64,000 nt of DNA, from NCBI GenBank assembly GCA_045636865.1, contig JAZTYJ010000017.1, positions 5,253 through 69,252 of the forward strand. Reading direction: 5' to 3'. A model generated the notes under the pieces. It made no database searches. It was not told the origin of the DNA and was given only the letters and a program-made list of their open reading frames with translations. Positions 45,590 through 55,315 of the stretch are shown here, piece by piece (within the stretch, counting starts at the first letter, position 1; every line of letters begins with the position of its first letter). Origin of the DNA: Eubacteriales bacterium (GTDB lineage: Bacteria > Bacillota > Clostridia > Oscillospirales > JAAYXM01). The translations under genes were made by a program, and so were the position numbers.

Positions 45590-46963
45590 ATGGCAGACAA
45601 AAAAATCCCTTACAAAATTTATCTCGAAGAATCGATGATGCCGAAGTATTGGTACAACCTTCGCGCAGAAATGCAGAAGAAGCCTGCTCCGCTTCTCAAT
45701 CCCGAAACTAAAAAGCCGATAACGGCGCAGGAGCTCTCGAAGGTTTTCTGTGATGAGCTTGTCCGTCAGGAGCTTGATGACACAACAGTAAATATCGAAA
45801 TTCCGGAGCAGATCCGCAATTTCTATAAAATGTACCGTCCGTCTCCGCTTATCCGTGCATATTGTCTTGAGGAAAAACTTCAGACTCCCGCTAAGATTTA
45901 CTACAAGTTTGAGGGCAACAACACAAGCGGAAGCCACAAGTTAAATTCCGCTATCGCTCAGGCATACTATGCAAAGCAGCAGGGACTCCGTGGCGTTACA
46001 ACCGAAACAGGTGCAGGTCAGTGGGGAACCGCGCTTTCAATGGCATGCTCATACTTTGACCTTGACTGCAAGGTTTTTATGGTTAAGTGCTCATATGAAC
46101 AGAAGCCCTTCCGCCGCGAGGTTATGAGGACATACGGCGCATCGGTAACTCCGTCTCCGTCTATGGATACGGAAATCGGAAAGAAGATTCTTGCCGAGCA
46201 TCCCGGAACTACGGGAAGCCTCGGATGTGCAATTTCTGAAGCTGTTGAAGCGGCAGGAAAGAACGAAGGCTATCGCTACGTTCTCGGAAGTGTGCTCAAT
46301 CAGGTTATGCTTCATCAGTCGGTAATCGGACTTGAAGCAAAGGCCGCGCTTGATATGTACGGCGAAAAGGCAGATATGATTATCGGCTGTGCAGGTGGCG
46401 GTTCAAACCTTGGAGGACTCATTGCTCCGTTTATGGGAGAGAAGCTCCGTGGCGAGCGCGACTATCAGTTTGTCGCTGTTGAGCCGCAGTCCTGCCCGAG
46501 CCTTACAAGAGGTAAGTATGCATACGACTACTGCGATACGGGCAAGGTGTGTCCGCTTGCAAAGATGCACACGCTCGGTAGTGGCTTTATTCCGTCTGCA
46601 ACTCACGCGGGCGGTCTTCGCTACCACGGTATGAACTCAACCCTCTCGGAGCTTTATGACCAGGGACTTATGGAAACAAGAACCGTTTCACAGAAGGAAG
46701 TCTTTGCGGCGGCAGAATATTTTGCGAGAATTGAAGGAATTCTCCCTGCTCCCGAGAGCTCACACGCAATCAAGATTGCGCTTGACGAGGCGATAAAGTG
46801 CAAGGAAACGGGAGAGGAGAAGACAATCGTCTTCGGCCTTACGGGAACGGGATATTTCGATATGTATGCATATGAAAAGTTCCACAACGACGAGCTTGGT
46901 GCATATATCCCGTCTGACGAGGAGATAGCAAAGAGCCTTGCATCTCTTCCCGTTGTTGAATAA
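45590..46963 (+). CDS. trpB2: TrpB2-type tryptophan synthase beta-chain-like PLP enzyme
   Basis: MADKKIPYKIYLEE...PKYWYN, a PLP-lysine region NNTSGSHKLNSA and GAGQWG are present. The ~457-aa length and N-terminal extension are typical of stand-alone TrpB2. Confidence 0.85.
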   Translation: MADKKIPYKIYLEESMMPKYWYNLRAEMQKKPAPLLNPETKKPITAQELSKVFCDELVRQELDDTTVNIEIPEQIRNFYKMYRPSPLIRAYCLEEKLQTPAKIYYKFEGNNTSGSHKLNSAIAQAYYAKQQGLRGVTTETGAGQWGTALSMACSYFDLDCKVFMVKCSYEQKPFRREVMRTYGASVTPSPSMDTEIGKKILAEHPGTTGSLGCAISEAVEAAGKNEGYRYVLGSVLNQVMLHQSVIGLEAKAALDMYGEKADMIIGCAGGGSNLGGLIAPFMGEKLRGERDYQFVAVEPQSCPSLTRGKYAYDYCDTGKVCPLAKMHTLGSGFIPSATHAGGLRYHGMNSTLSELYDQGLMETRTVSQKEVFAAAEYFARIEGILPAPESSHAIKIALDEAIKCKETGEEKTIVFGLTGTGYFDMYAYEKFHNDELGAYIPSDEEIAKSLASLPVVE

Positions 46964-46989
46964 TAAAAAGCGGAAAGGAGACCCGGCAA

Positions 46990-47823
46990 ATGAATAATGA
47001 ATCGCTTAAGAGCTGTGCTGTTATAAACGACTTGTCGGGTTTCGGCAGATGTGCTCTTAACGTAACCGTGCCGGTTATGAGCGCGATGGGAATCCGCGTG
47101 CTCCCGGTACCGACGGCAGTTCTTTCAAATCATACGGGGTTTTCGGATTATTACTTCCGCGACCTGACCGACGGTATGGAGGAGTATCTCGCCGCGTGGG
47201 AAAAGCTCGGCCTTTCGTATGACGGAATATATACGGGCTTTCTCGGAAGCGAAACTCAGGTCGATATAATTTCCGAATTCATAAAGAAAAACAGAAAAGA
47301 GAACACGCTTTTGTTTGTAGATCCCGTTATGGGCGACGACGGTGCGATTTATCCTACATACACGCATGGGCTCGTAAAACGGATGAAAAATCTCATCCAC
47401 GAGGCAGATATAATAACCCCGAACCTCACAGAGGCATGCCTTCTTGCCGATTGCGATTTCGAAGAGATGAAACAGGCAGAAACAGATAAGCTTTTCGCTC
47501 TCGCTCTTCACCTCACGCAGTTCGGCGCAGGAAGTGCGGTAATAACGGGGATATACAGGGAAGACAAGGTCTCAAATGTCGTTTGCGACGGTGTTTCGGG
47601 CAAGATGTTTGAAACCTCCTCAAAATGCGTTGCAGGGCAGTTCTGCGGAACGGGGGATCTTTTCTCATCACTTGTTTTCGGATATGTTATGCAAGGTAAA
47701 AATTTAAAAAAAGCGGTAGCGCGTGCGTCAGCGTTCATTTGCCGTGCGGCAAGATTTTCCGAAAAGGCGGGAGTCTCACCGACCGACGGAATCGCGTTTG
47801 AACCGCTTATGTCAAAGATTTAA
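46990..47823 (+). CDS. pdxK: Pyridoxal/pyridoxamine kinase (PdxK family)
   Basis: It is ribokinase-like, with INDLSGFGRCALNV, DPVMGD and GTGDLFSS (the anion-hole GTGD). Confidence 0.85.
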   Translation: MNNESLKSCAVINDLSGFGRCALNVTVPVMSAMGIRVLPVPTAVLSNHTGFSDYYFRDLTDGMEEYLAAWEKLGLSYDGIYTGFLGSETQVDIISEFIKKNRKENTLLFVDPVMGDDGAIYPTYTHGLVKRMKNLIHEADIITPNLTEACLLADCDFEEMKQAETDKLFALALHLTQFGAGSAVITGIYREDKVSNVVCDGVSGKMFETSSKCVAGQFCGTGDLFSSLVFGYVMQGKNLKKAVARASAFICRAARFSEKAGVSPTDGIAFEPLMSKI

Positions 47824-47836
47824 GGAGGACATAAAG

Positions 47837-48340
47837 ATGAATTCAGCAAAGACAAAAAAAATAATTATGACAGCTCTTTTTGCCGCGATAATCGCAGTGT
47901 GTACGCGCTTTACGGCATTCCCGATTCCGGGAACGAGCGGATACGTTCACCTCGGTGATGCATTTGTTTTTCTGTCTGCGGCGTGTCTGCCGGCACCGTA
48001 TTCGCTTATCGCGTCGGCTCTTGGCGGAATGCTTGCAGATTTTATGTACGGCTCACTTATATACGTCATTCCGACTGCAATAGTCAAGGCACTTATGACG
48101 CTTTGCTTTTTCGGAAAAAAAGAAAAGAAGCTTTTTGCAAAAAAGAGCATCGTTTCGTGCATTTTCGGAATAATAGCTCTTGTAGCGGGATACTACATTG
48201 CAGAGGTTATAATATTCGGAAGCTTCATAGCTCCGCTTACGGGCATTATCTGGAATGCGGCACAGGGCATCTTCTCCGCAATTTTGTTTGCAGTAGTGGC
48301 GGTTGCGCTTGATGCATCCAATATTATGAAAAAAATGTAA
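47837..48340 (+). CDS. ECF-transporter substrate-specific (S) component, substrate unassigned (pyridoxine or tryptophan candidates)
   Basis: The protein is ~167 aa with 5-6 TM helices and an S-component-like pattern. An AAGGAGG RBS is present. No A/T components are adjacent. Confidence 0.7.
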   Translation: MNSAKTKKIIMTALFAAIIAVCTRFTAFPIPGTSGYVHLGDAFVFLSAACLPAPYSLIASALGGMLADFMYGSLIYVIPTAIVKALMTLCFFGKKEKKLFAKKSIVSCIFGIIALVAGYYIAEVIIFGSFIAPLTGIIWNAAQGIFSAILFAVVAVALDASNIMKKM

Positions 48341-48345
48341 TAAGT

Positions 48346-48378
48346 AAGAGTTCTCGGAAAGAGAACTCTTTTAATTTT
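48346..48378 (+). terminator. Intrinsic terminator of the T-box operon
   Basis: AAGAGTTCTC-ggaaa-GAGAACTCTT followed by TTAATTTT. Confidence 0.7.
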
Positions 48379-48465
48379 AAAAAATTTTTTCACGAAAAAA
48401 AGGGAAAACGGTTTTTTTGGAGTATATAATTATGTAGAGTATTTTTTGAAAAGGAAGTGGTGCGT

Positions 48466-49473
48466 ATGAATATAAGAGAAATCGAAGAAAAAAGAGAAGT
48501 CAGAGATTTGTCCGAATATGCATGTCTTTCTTCAAAAAGCGGTGGCAGAGAGCGCGAGGAGACTGAATGTGAGGTCCGCACGTGCTTTATGAGAGACCGC
48601 GACAGAATTATCCATTCAAAATCATTCAGACGGTTAAAACACAAAACCCAAGTGTTCATCTCGCCCGAGGGCGATCACTACAGAACGCGTCTTACTCATA
48701 CACTTGAGGTTTCGGGCATCGCGAGAACCATTGCGCGCGCACTTTCACTCAACGAAGGTCTTTGCGAAGCCATCGCGATGGGGCACGACCTCGGACACAC
48801 TCCGTTCGGACACAGCGGCGAGCGCGAACTCAAGGCTCTTACCGGCGGTGCATTTTCGCATAATCTCCAGAGTGTGCGCGTGGTGGAGAAAATTGAGCAC
48901 GACGGGCGAGGTCTTAACCTTACGCGTGAGGTGCGCGACGGTATCGCCTGCCACAGCGGTGACAGGGTGGCGAGCACGCTTGAAGGCCGCGTTGTTGCGC
49001 TTGCCGACAGAATCGCCTATATAAACCACGACATAGACGATGCCTGCCGCGCAGGGCTTATGCGTGAGGGCGATATTCCGAAGGAGTATCGCGATGTACT
49101 GGGCGAGCGTCCGAGCAAGAGAATAAACACTCTTGTTATAGACACGATAAAAGAAAGCTCAGGTTTAAACGAAATCAAAATGTCAGACGAAGTAAACCGC
49201 GCTATGCTGGGACTTCGTGAATTTATGTTTGAGCGTGTCTACCGCGCAGAATTTGCTCTCCTGCAGGAAACGAAAATACGCGATATGATAAGGCGTCTGT
49301 TTGAATATTACAGCAAGGATGTGTCTTATCTTCCCGAAGAGTACAGGCAAATAGCGGAGGAAGACGGAATGACCGTTGCAGTATGCGACTTTATCGCCTG
49401 TATGACGGACAGATATGCTCTCAATACATACAATGAGCTGTTCCTGCCGATTTCGTGGGGACATGTTCAGTAA
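48466..49473 (+). CDS. dGTP triphosphohydrolase-like HD-domain protein
   Basis: RDRDRIIHSKSFRRLKHKTQVF, HYRTRLTHTLEV and GHDLGHTPFGH motifs are present. Confidence 0.88.
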   Translation: MNIREIEEKREVRDLSEYACLSSKSGGREREETECEVRTCFMRDRDRIIHSKSFRRLKHKTQVFISPEGDHYRTRLTHTLEVSGIARTIARALSLNEGLCEAIAMGHDLGHTPFGHSGERELKALTGGAFSHNLQSVRVVEKIEHDGRGLNLTREVRDGIACHSGDRVASTLEGRVVALADRIAYINHDIDDACRAGLMREGDIPKEYRDVLGERPSKRINTLVIDTIKESSGLNEIKMSDEVNRAMLGLREFMFERVYRAEFALLQETKIRDMIRRLFEYYSKDVSYLPEEYRQIAEEDGMTVAVCDFIACMTDRYALNTYNELFLPISWGHVQ

Positions 49474-49502
49474 AAAATATAGTGGGAAAGGAAGTGAAAA
49501 GG

Positions 49503-51257
49503 ATGGCGTTTCCGAGAGAATTTATGGACGAGCTGCTCTCAAGGACCGACATAGTGTCGGTGGTGTCGAGATATGTTAACTTATCGCGACGCGGAACAGG
49601 ATATCTGGGGCTTTGTCCGTTCCATAACGAGAAAACACCGTCGTTTTCAGTTTCCTCAGATAAACAGTTCTTCTACTGCTTCGGTTGCGGCACAGGCGGA
49701 GATGCAATAACATTTGTTATGAAAATCGAAAACATCGATTTCTCGGAAGCCGTCGGAAAACTTGCCGACTGGGCAGGACTCAAAATTCCCGAATCAAGCT
49801 ACGGCGCAGAAGAACGCGGAAAACGAAAACGCCTCAATGAAGCTTTGCGTTTTGCGGCAAAATACTATCACGAAAGCCTCAAAGGTGACGGCGGCGAGGC
49901 GGCGAGAAAATACCTCCTCGACCGAGGTCTTACACCGACTACCATAACAAACTTCGGCCTTGGTTTTTCTCCCGACAGGTGGGACGGACTCCTTACCGAG
50001 CTTACCGCAAAAGGTTTTTCAAAATCCGAGCTCATAGAAGCAGGGCTTGAAAGAGCCGGCAAAAACGGACGTATTTATGATTGGTTCAGGTCAAGGGTAA
50101 TGTTCCCGATAATCGACGTCAGAGGCACGGTAATCGGCTTTGGCGGAAGAAATATGGGACCTGAAGAACCGAAATATTTAAATTCGCCGGAGTCGTCGGT
50201 CTTCAACAAGCGAAGAAACTTATACGCGATGAATTTTGCGCGGCAAAGCAAGGCTGACTATTTCATCCTCTGCGAAGGGTATATGGACGTTATTGCCCTG
50301 CATCAGGCAGGATACAATTCTGCGGTTGCGTCTCTCGGCACAGCTCTCGGAGAAGAGCAGGCGCATCTTATGTCGAAATACAAAGGCAAGGTAATAATTT
50401 CATACGACTCCGACAAGGCAGGCCGCGCCGCAACAGAACGGGCGATTGATATTCTCACAAAGGCAAACCTTGAGGTGCGTGTGCTTTCGATGACGGGTGC
50501 AAAGGATCCGGATGAGTATATCAAAAAGTTCGGAAAGGAAAGCTTCGGAAAGCTGATTGAAAATGCATTGCCTGCATCGGAATACCGCCTTGAGATGACA
50601 AAGCAGACATACGATCTGGCTGACGATGATCAACGTGTTTTGTATATAAAGGAAGCGGTCGCATATCTTGCGAAGATGTCAAATGCATTTGAACGCGAAA
50701 TATATGCAGGGCGTATCTCAAGAGAAACGGGAGTTACAGCCGATGCCATCTTAAAAGAAGCGGAGCGAGAGAGAAAAAAGCTCATAAGCCGACAGAAGAA
50801 GGACGAAGAGAGGCGTGTGCTTGATCCTGTCAGCTCGATTATGCCGAAGGACAAGTCCGCAAGATACAGAAATCCGCGCTCGGCAGTGGCAGAAGAGAGC
50901 TTGCTTTCTCTCTGCGCGGCAGATATTGCGGCATGTCGCGAGGCGATGGAAAAAATTTCGGGAAAGATGTTCTCTTCCGAGCTTCTGGGAAGAGCCTTTG
51001 ACAAGCTGTGCCGCCACATCCGTGAAACGGGTGAGGAGGCACCTATCCGAACGATGTGCGAGGGTATGAGCGAGGATGAGGCATCCCATATTGCGGCAGT
51101 ATTTGCGAGAAGGCAGAATGCAGACAGGAAAGCGTTGGGAGATTATCTCGACACAATAAAGCAAGAATATATGAAGGGGCAGGGAGAGTGCGACGATGCA
51201 GCACTTCTTGCCGCCACAGAATTTTACAGAAAGAAGAAGGGGAAACAAGATGGATAA
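49503..51257 (+). CDS. dnaG: DNA primase
   Basis: It has a zinc ribbon ([14 protein letters not shown]...YCFGCG), a Toprim domain ([16 protein letters not shown]) and a C-terminal helicase-binding region. Confidence 0.95.
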   Translation: MAFPREFMDELLSRTDIVSVVSRYVNLSRRGTGYLGLCPFHNEKTPSFSVSSDKQFFYCFGCGTGGDAITFVMKIENIDFSEAVGKLADWAGLKIPESSYGAEERGKRKRLNEALRFAAKYYHESLKGDGGEAARKYLLDRGLTPTTITNFGLGFSPDRWDGLLTELTAKGFSKSELIEAGLERAGKNGRIYDWFRSRVMFPIIDVRGTVIGFGGRNMGPEEPKYLNSPESSVFNKRRNLYAMNFARQSKADYFILCEGYMDVIALHQAGYNSAVASLGTALGEEQAHLMSKYKGKVIISYDSDKAGRAATERAIDILTKANLEVRVLSMTGAKDPDEYIKKFGKESFGKLIENALPASEYRLEMTKQTYDLADDDQRVLYIKEAVAYLAKMSNAFEREIYAGRISRETGVTADAILKEAERERKKLISRQKKDEERRVLDPVSSIMPKDKSARYRNPRSAVAEESLLSLCAADIAACREAMEKISGKMFSSELLGRAFDKLCRHIRETGEEAPIRTMCEGMSEDEASHIAAVFARRQNADRKALGDYLDTIKQEYMKGQGECDDAALLAATEFYRKKKGKQDG

Positions 51258-52404
51258 CGAAAAGACAGAAAGAAACATCACCGTTGAGGAGAAAAAACAG
51301 ATAATCCGTGAACTCATTGAAACCGGAAAGAAGAAGGGCAAGCTTTCACAGAAGGAGCTCTCGGCGGTTGCAGAAGAGCTTGAGATGAATTCGGACGAAA
51401 TAGAAAAACTCTATGATGCGCTCGAAAACCACGGAATAGAGCTTCCTCTTGAAGAATTCATCGCAGACATTCCGACAGAAGATGAGTTCCTTGAGGACGC
51501 TCCGGAGGATCTTGGCGATATTGAGGAAATTCCCGAGGAAGAACTTGCAGATTCGGCATCGCTTCTTGAGGGTCTTTCGATTGATGACCACGTAAGAATT
51601 TACCTCAAGGAAATCGGTAAAGTTGATCTTCTTTCACCCGAGGAGGAGATAGAGCTTGCTGACCGTATGGCGCAGGGCGACAAAGAGGCAAAAGAGCGAC
51701 TTTCGGCAGCAAACCTCCGTCTTGTTGTTTCCATCGCAAAGCGTTATGTCGGACGCGGTATGCTCTTCCTTGACCTCATTCAGGAGGGTAATCTCGGCCT
51801 TTTAAAGGCTGTTGAAAAGTTTGACCACACTAAGGGATATAAGTTTTCAACCTATGCAACCTGGTGGATCCGTCAGGCAATCACCCGCGCAATCGCCGAT
51901 CAGGCAAGAACTATCCGAATTCCTGTTCATATGGTAGAAACGATAAACAAGGTAATCCGCGTGTCGCGTCAGCTTCTTCAGGAGCTTGGTCACGATCCCT
52001 CTCCGGAGGAAATTGCAGAGGAAATGCAGCTTCCGGTTGCCAAAGTCCGTGAGATATTGAAGATAGCACAGGAGCCGGTATCTCTTGAGACACCTATCGG
52101 TGAAGAGGAAGACTCGCACCTTGGCGACTTTATTCCCGCAGAGAATGCACAGGAGCCGGCAGAGGCTGCAACAGTTACCCTCCTGCGTGAAAAGCTCGTT
52201 GAGGTGCTTGGAACACTTTCGCCGCGCGAAGAAAAGGTTCTGCGCCTTCGTTTCGGCATTGAGGACGGAAGAACACGCACTCTCGAAGAGGTCGGCAAGG
52301 AGTTCAACGTTACCCGTGAACGAATCAGACAGATTGAGGCAAAGGCATTGCGCAAGCTCCGTCATCCGAGCCGTGCAAAGCTGCTTAAAGACTTTTTTAA
52401 CTAA
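51250..52404 (+). CDS. sigA: Primary sigma factor (RpoD/SigA)
   Basis: It has an acidic region 1, region 2 ([13 protein letters not shown]) and region 4 ([20 protein letters not shown]). Its start overlaps the dnaG stop by 8 nt. Confidence 0.96.
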   Translation: MDNEKTERNITVEEKKQIIRELIETGKKKGKLSQKELSAVAEELEMNSDEIEKLYDALENHGIELPLEEFIADIPTEDEFLEDAPEDLGDIEEIPEEELADSASLLEGLSIDDHVRIYLKEIGKVDLLSPEEEIELADRMAQGDKEAKERLSAANLRLVVSIAKRYVGRGMLFLDLIQEGNLGLLKAVEKFDHTKGYKFSTYATWWIRQAITRAIADQARTIRIPVHMVETINKVIRVSRQLLQELGHDPSPEEIAEEMQLPVAKVREILKIAQEPVSLETPIGEEEDSHLGDFIPAENAQEPAEAATVTLLREKLVEVLGTLSPREEKVLRLRFGIEDGRTRTLEEVGKEFNVTRERIRQIEAKALRKLRHPSRAKLLKDFFN

Positions 52405-52421
52405 AGAGGTGCGCGAAAACG

Positions 52422-53210
52422 TTGAAGATTATAGATTCACACGCACATATTTTTCCGCAGAAGATATCGAAAAAGGCAAGTGGCGCAATAGGAGAGTTTT
52501 ACAATATCAGCATGCATCATAACGGAATGGCGCATATCCTTGAAAAACTCTCGAAAGAAGCGGGGATATCAAAAACGTTGGTGTGCTCAACCGCAACAAC
52601 TCCGCATCAGGTTGAGGTAATAAACGACTTTATCTATGAAAAATGCAAGCAGTATCCGTCTTTTATCGGAATTGCAACCCTGCACCAGGATATGGAATGC
52701 CCGGAAAAGGAAATCGAGAGGGTGGAAAAACTCGGTCTTTCGGGCATAAAGCTTCATCCGGATTTTCAGAAGCTAAATATTGATGACGAAAAAATGTTTC
52801 CTACATACGCACTTCTTGAGAAGAAGAAACTGCCGGTTCTCTTTCATACGGGGGACGACAGATACGATTTCTCATCACCCGAGCGACTCATAAAGGTTAT
52901 GGAAAGGTTTCCGGATCTTATCTGCATAGCTGCTCATTTCGGCGGATATGCAAGCTGGGATAAGGCAGAGAAGTATCCGAAGAGCAAAAACCTGTATTTT
53001 GATACATCGAGCTCACTTGATGTGATCGAGAAATCGCAGGCGCTCTCTCTCATCGAAAAATTCGGTGTGAGCCAGTTTATGTTCGGAACGGATTTTCCGA
53101 TGTGGACTCCGAAGGAGGAGATAGAAAAGGTTCTCTCCCTCGGATTGTCGGAGAAGGATTACGAGCAGATTTTTTCAAAGAACTTTGAAAGACTTTTCGG
53201 TATTAAATAA
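52422..53210 (+). CDS. Amidohydrolase-superfamily metal-dependent hydrolase
   Basis: IIDSHAHIFP, LHP, HFGG and GTDFP are TIM-barrel metal ligand-type motifs. It uses a TTG start. Confidence 0.7.
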   Translation: MKIIDSHAHIFPQKISKKASGAIGEFYNISMHHNGMAHILEKLSKEAGISKTLVCSTATTPHQVEVINDFIYEKCKQYPSFIGIATLHQDMECPEKEIERVEKLGLSGIKLHPDFQKLNIDDEKMFPTYALLEKKKLPVLFHTGDDRYDFSSPERLIKVMERFPDLICIAAHFGGYASWDKAEKYPKSKNLYFDTSSSLDVIEKSQALSLIEKFGVSQFMFGTDFPMWTPKEEIEKVLSLGLSEKDYEQIFSKNFERLFGIK

Positions 53211-53224
53211 TCAGGCGGTAGAAT

Positions 53225-53986
53225 ATGTATTTTGACACACATGCACACCTCGACGACCGGGCATTTGATGAAGACCGCGACGAGCTCATAGCATCCTTTT
53301 GCGATGCGGGAGTTACGAGGATTTTAAATGCGGCGGCAAATCTTGAGTCGTCATATGAGACGGTGAAGCTTTGCAAAAAGTATGATTTTATATACGGTGC
53401 CGTGGGAGTTCATCCCGATTCGGCAGATAAGTTCGGTGAGGATACCCTGCAGGAAATAGAAAGGCTTCTTTCCGAAAAAAACATCTGCGCGGTCGGTGAG
53501 ACAGGGCTTGACTATTATTACGATGATATATCGCCCGAGCTTCAGAAAAAGGCATTCAAGGCGCAGGCGGCGCTTGCTTATGAAAGGAAGCTTCCGCTTA
53601 TTGTTCACGACCGTGAGGCCCACCGCGACTGTCTTGAGATTTTAAAGAAGTTTCCGGGTATTTCGGCGGTTTACCATTGCTTTTCGGGAAGCCGCGAATA
53701 TGCATCAGAGCTTTCAAAACTCGGGTTTTATATGTCGTTTGGCGGTGCAGTAACCTTTAAAAACGCGCGTATGGCTCCCGAGGTTTTAAGGAACATTCCG
53801 AAGGAGCGTGTAATGCTTGAAACGGACTGTCCGTATATGGCACCTGTGCCGCATCGCGGAAAGAGAAATCATCCGGGGTATATACCGCACATCGCAGAGA
53901 AAATTGCGGAGTTATGGGAAATGACACCGGAGGAAGTCGGCAAGATAACAACAGAAAACGCAATAAGATTTTTCGGCATAGAATAG
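53225..53986 (+). CDS. tatD: TatD-family deoxyribonuclease/hydrolase
   Basis: MYFDTHAHLDD, GETGLDYYY, IVHDREAH, HCFSG and ETDCPY motifs are present. Confidence 0.92.
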   Translation: MYFDTHAHLDDRAFDEDRDELIASFCDAGVTRILNAAANLESSYETVKLCKKYDFIYGAVGVHPDSADKFGEDTLQEIERLLSEKNICAVGETGLDYYYDDISPELQKKAFKAQAALAYERKLPLIVHDREAHRDCLEILKKFPGISAVYHCFSGSREYASELSKLGFYMSFGGAVTFKNARMAPEVLRNIPKERVMLETDCPYMAPVPHRGKRNHPGYIPHIAEKIAELWEMTPEEVGKITTENAIRFFGIE

Positions 53987-53995
53987 GGGATATAT

Positions 53996-54571
53996 ATGAG
54001 TAAGAAAAAATTCAGATTCCGCATCGGAATGCGGAACATAAAAACAGCAATCGCGGCAACGCTTTGTGCATTCGTATATTTGTTTATTGACCGCAATCCG
54101 ACGTTTGCGTGTATCGGTGCAATTTTCGGCACGGGAAGTGATATGGCGGATTCATGGCTCAATGGCGGCAATCGTCTTTTCGGAACGATTATCGGCGGCT
54201 TTATAGGAATGATTCTTTTCAGAATATACCTGTTTTTAGAGCCGACAGGCGATGTCGGACTTCTCATGATGCCATTTCTTTTCGTCGGTGTTGTGTTTCT
54301 TATAATCGCATGTCAGTTTTTCCGCTGGCCGGGCGGAATTCAGCCGGGAGGCGTTGTGCTCAGCATCATCCTCTTTACGCAGAACGATTCAGCCGCATAT
54401 ATTCCGTACTCGCTCAACCGTATGCTTGATACGGCAATAGGTGTCATCGTTGCGCTTTTAATAAACCATTTTCTCCCGAGAGAAAGGCTTGTAAAGATTA
54501 TGGAAGTTCTCCATCTTCGCAAAAAGCCGGAAAAGCGCACAGAAGATGTTTCGGAAACAGTAAGCGAATAA
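53996..54571 (+). CDS. Aromatic acid exporter (FUSC/ArAE-like) family membrane protein, short form
   Basis: RIGMRNIKTAIAATLC is followed by four hydrophobic helices, typical of the FUSC-like N-domain. Confidence 0.65.
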   Translation: MSKKKFRFRIGMRNIKTAIAATLCAFVYLFIDRNPTFACIGAIFGTGSDMADSWLNGGNRLFGTIIGGFIGMILFRIYLFLEPTGDVGLLMMPFLFVGVVFLIIACQFFRWPGGIQPGGVVLSIILFTQNDSAAYIPYSLNRMLDTAIGVIVALLINHFLPRERLVKIMEVLHLRKKPEKRTEDVSETVSE

Positions 54572-54575
54572 AGAA

Positions 54576-54607
54576 AAAAGCCTTTCGGAAATTCCGAAAG
54601 GCTTTTG
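54576..54607. terminator. Bidirectional terminator
   Basis: AAAAGCCTTTCGGAA-a-TTCCGAAAGGCTTTT, located between convergent genes. Confidence 0.8.
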
Positions 54608-54613
54608 AAATAT

Positions 54614-55114
54614 CTAAACCATAAGTCCGCGTGCAACGGTATCAAAATCACGGGAGACACCTGCGCGTGTGCCGGGGAGAATTGTGCAAGTTGCGGTATA
54701 TGTGTTGTCGCTTGCATCATATGTTATCACCGTAACCGTGCTTTCGTTGCAGGAAAATTTTGCGACAAGGCAAGGAATGCCGCTTATGCTGATTTTATCA
54801 AACTCAAGAAGCGCGATATCGTCGTAGCCCTTGCTTTTGATACGTGAGATAAAGTCGTCCTCGGACATATCGGAAATACCGTCAACCTTTTCTTCGCGCA
54901 TAATCGTTACGTTGGAGCCGGTTTCGTCATCCATAATAACAAAGTCGATCTGCGAACCGAGAGAGGACACGTTATACTTTTCGGGATATTTTACCGTATA
55001 CCCGTTGTCAGAAGAGTATGTTGCATATTCCGCATCATCAGAAACGCCGTTATCAGAACATCCTGCAATAAAAAGCAGAAAGACAGAAAGCAAAATGCAA
55101 ATAAGTTTTTTCAT
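54614..55114 (-). CDS. Lipoprotein of unknown function
   Basis: It has a signal peptide with the lipobox LFIAGC. The mature part is beta-rich and I recognise no motif. Confidence 0.7.
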   Translation of the reverse strand: MKKLICILLSVFLLFIAGCSDNGVSDDAEYATYSSDNGYTVKYPEKYNVSSLGSQIDFVIMDDETGSNVTIMREEKVDGISDMSEDDFISRIKSKGYDDIALLEFDKISISGIPCLVAKFSCNESTVTVITYDASDNTYTATCTILPGTRAGVSRDFDTVARGLMV

Positions 55115-55315
55115 AATATTTTCCTCCGAAACAAAGATAGAACTATTTTAACAGAAAAAAGGATATAAAACAACAGAGAATATGAAAAAATATTGTAAAC
55201 TTATATTTTGAAATGAGCTGCGCACATACTATTGTTAACAGAAAGTTCATTGATTTCATATATTTGCGATGATAAAATATAATTATATGGAAAAATAGGA
55301 AGAGGAGATATCGGG

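Noticed and set aside
45191-45937. 248-aa minus-strand ORF
   Set aside because: It runs antisense across the T-box leader and the 5' end of trpB2. Both plus-strand features are strongly supported.
50751-51341. 196-aa minus-strand ORF (and the similar 51847-52365)
   Set aside because: They are antisense shadows of dnaG and sigA.
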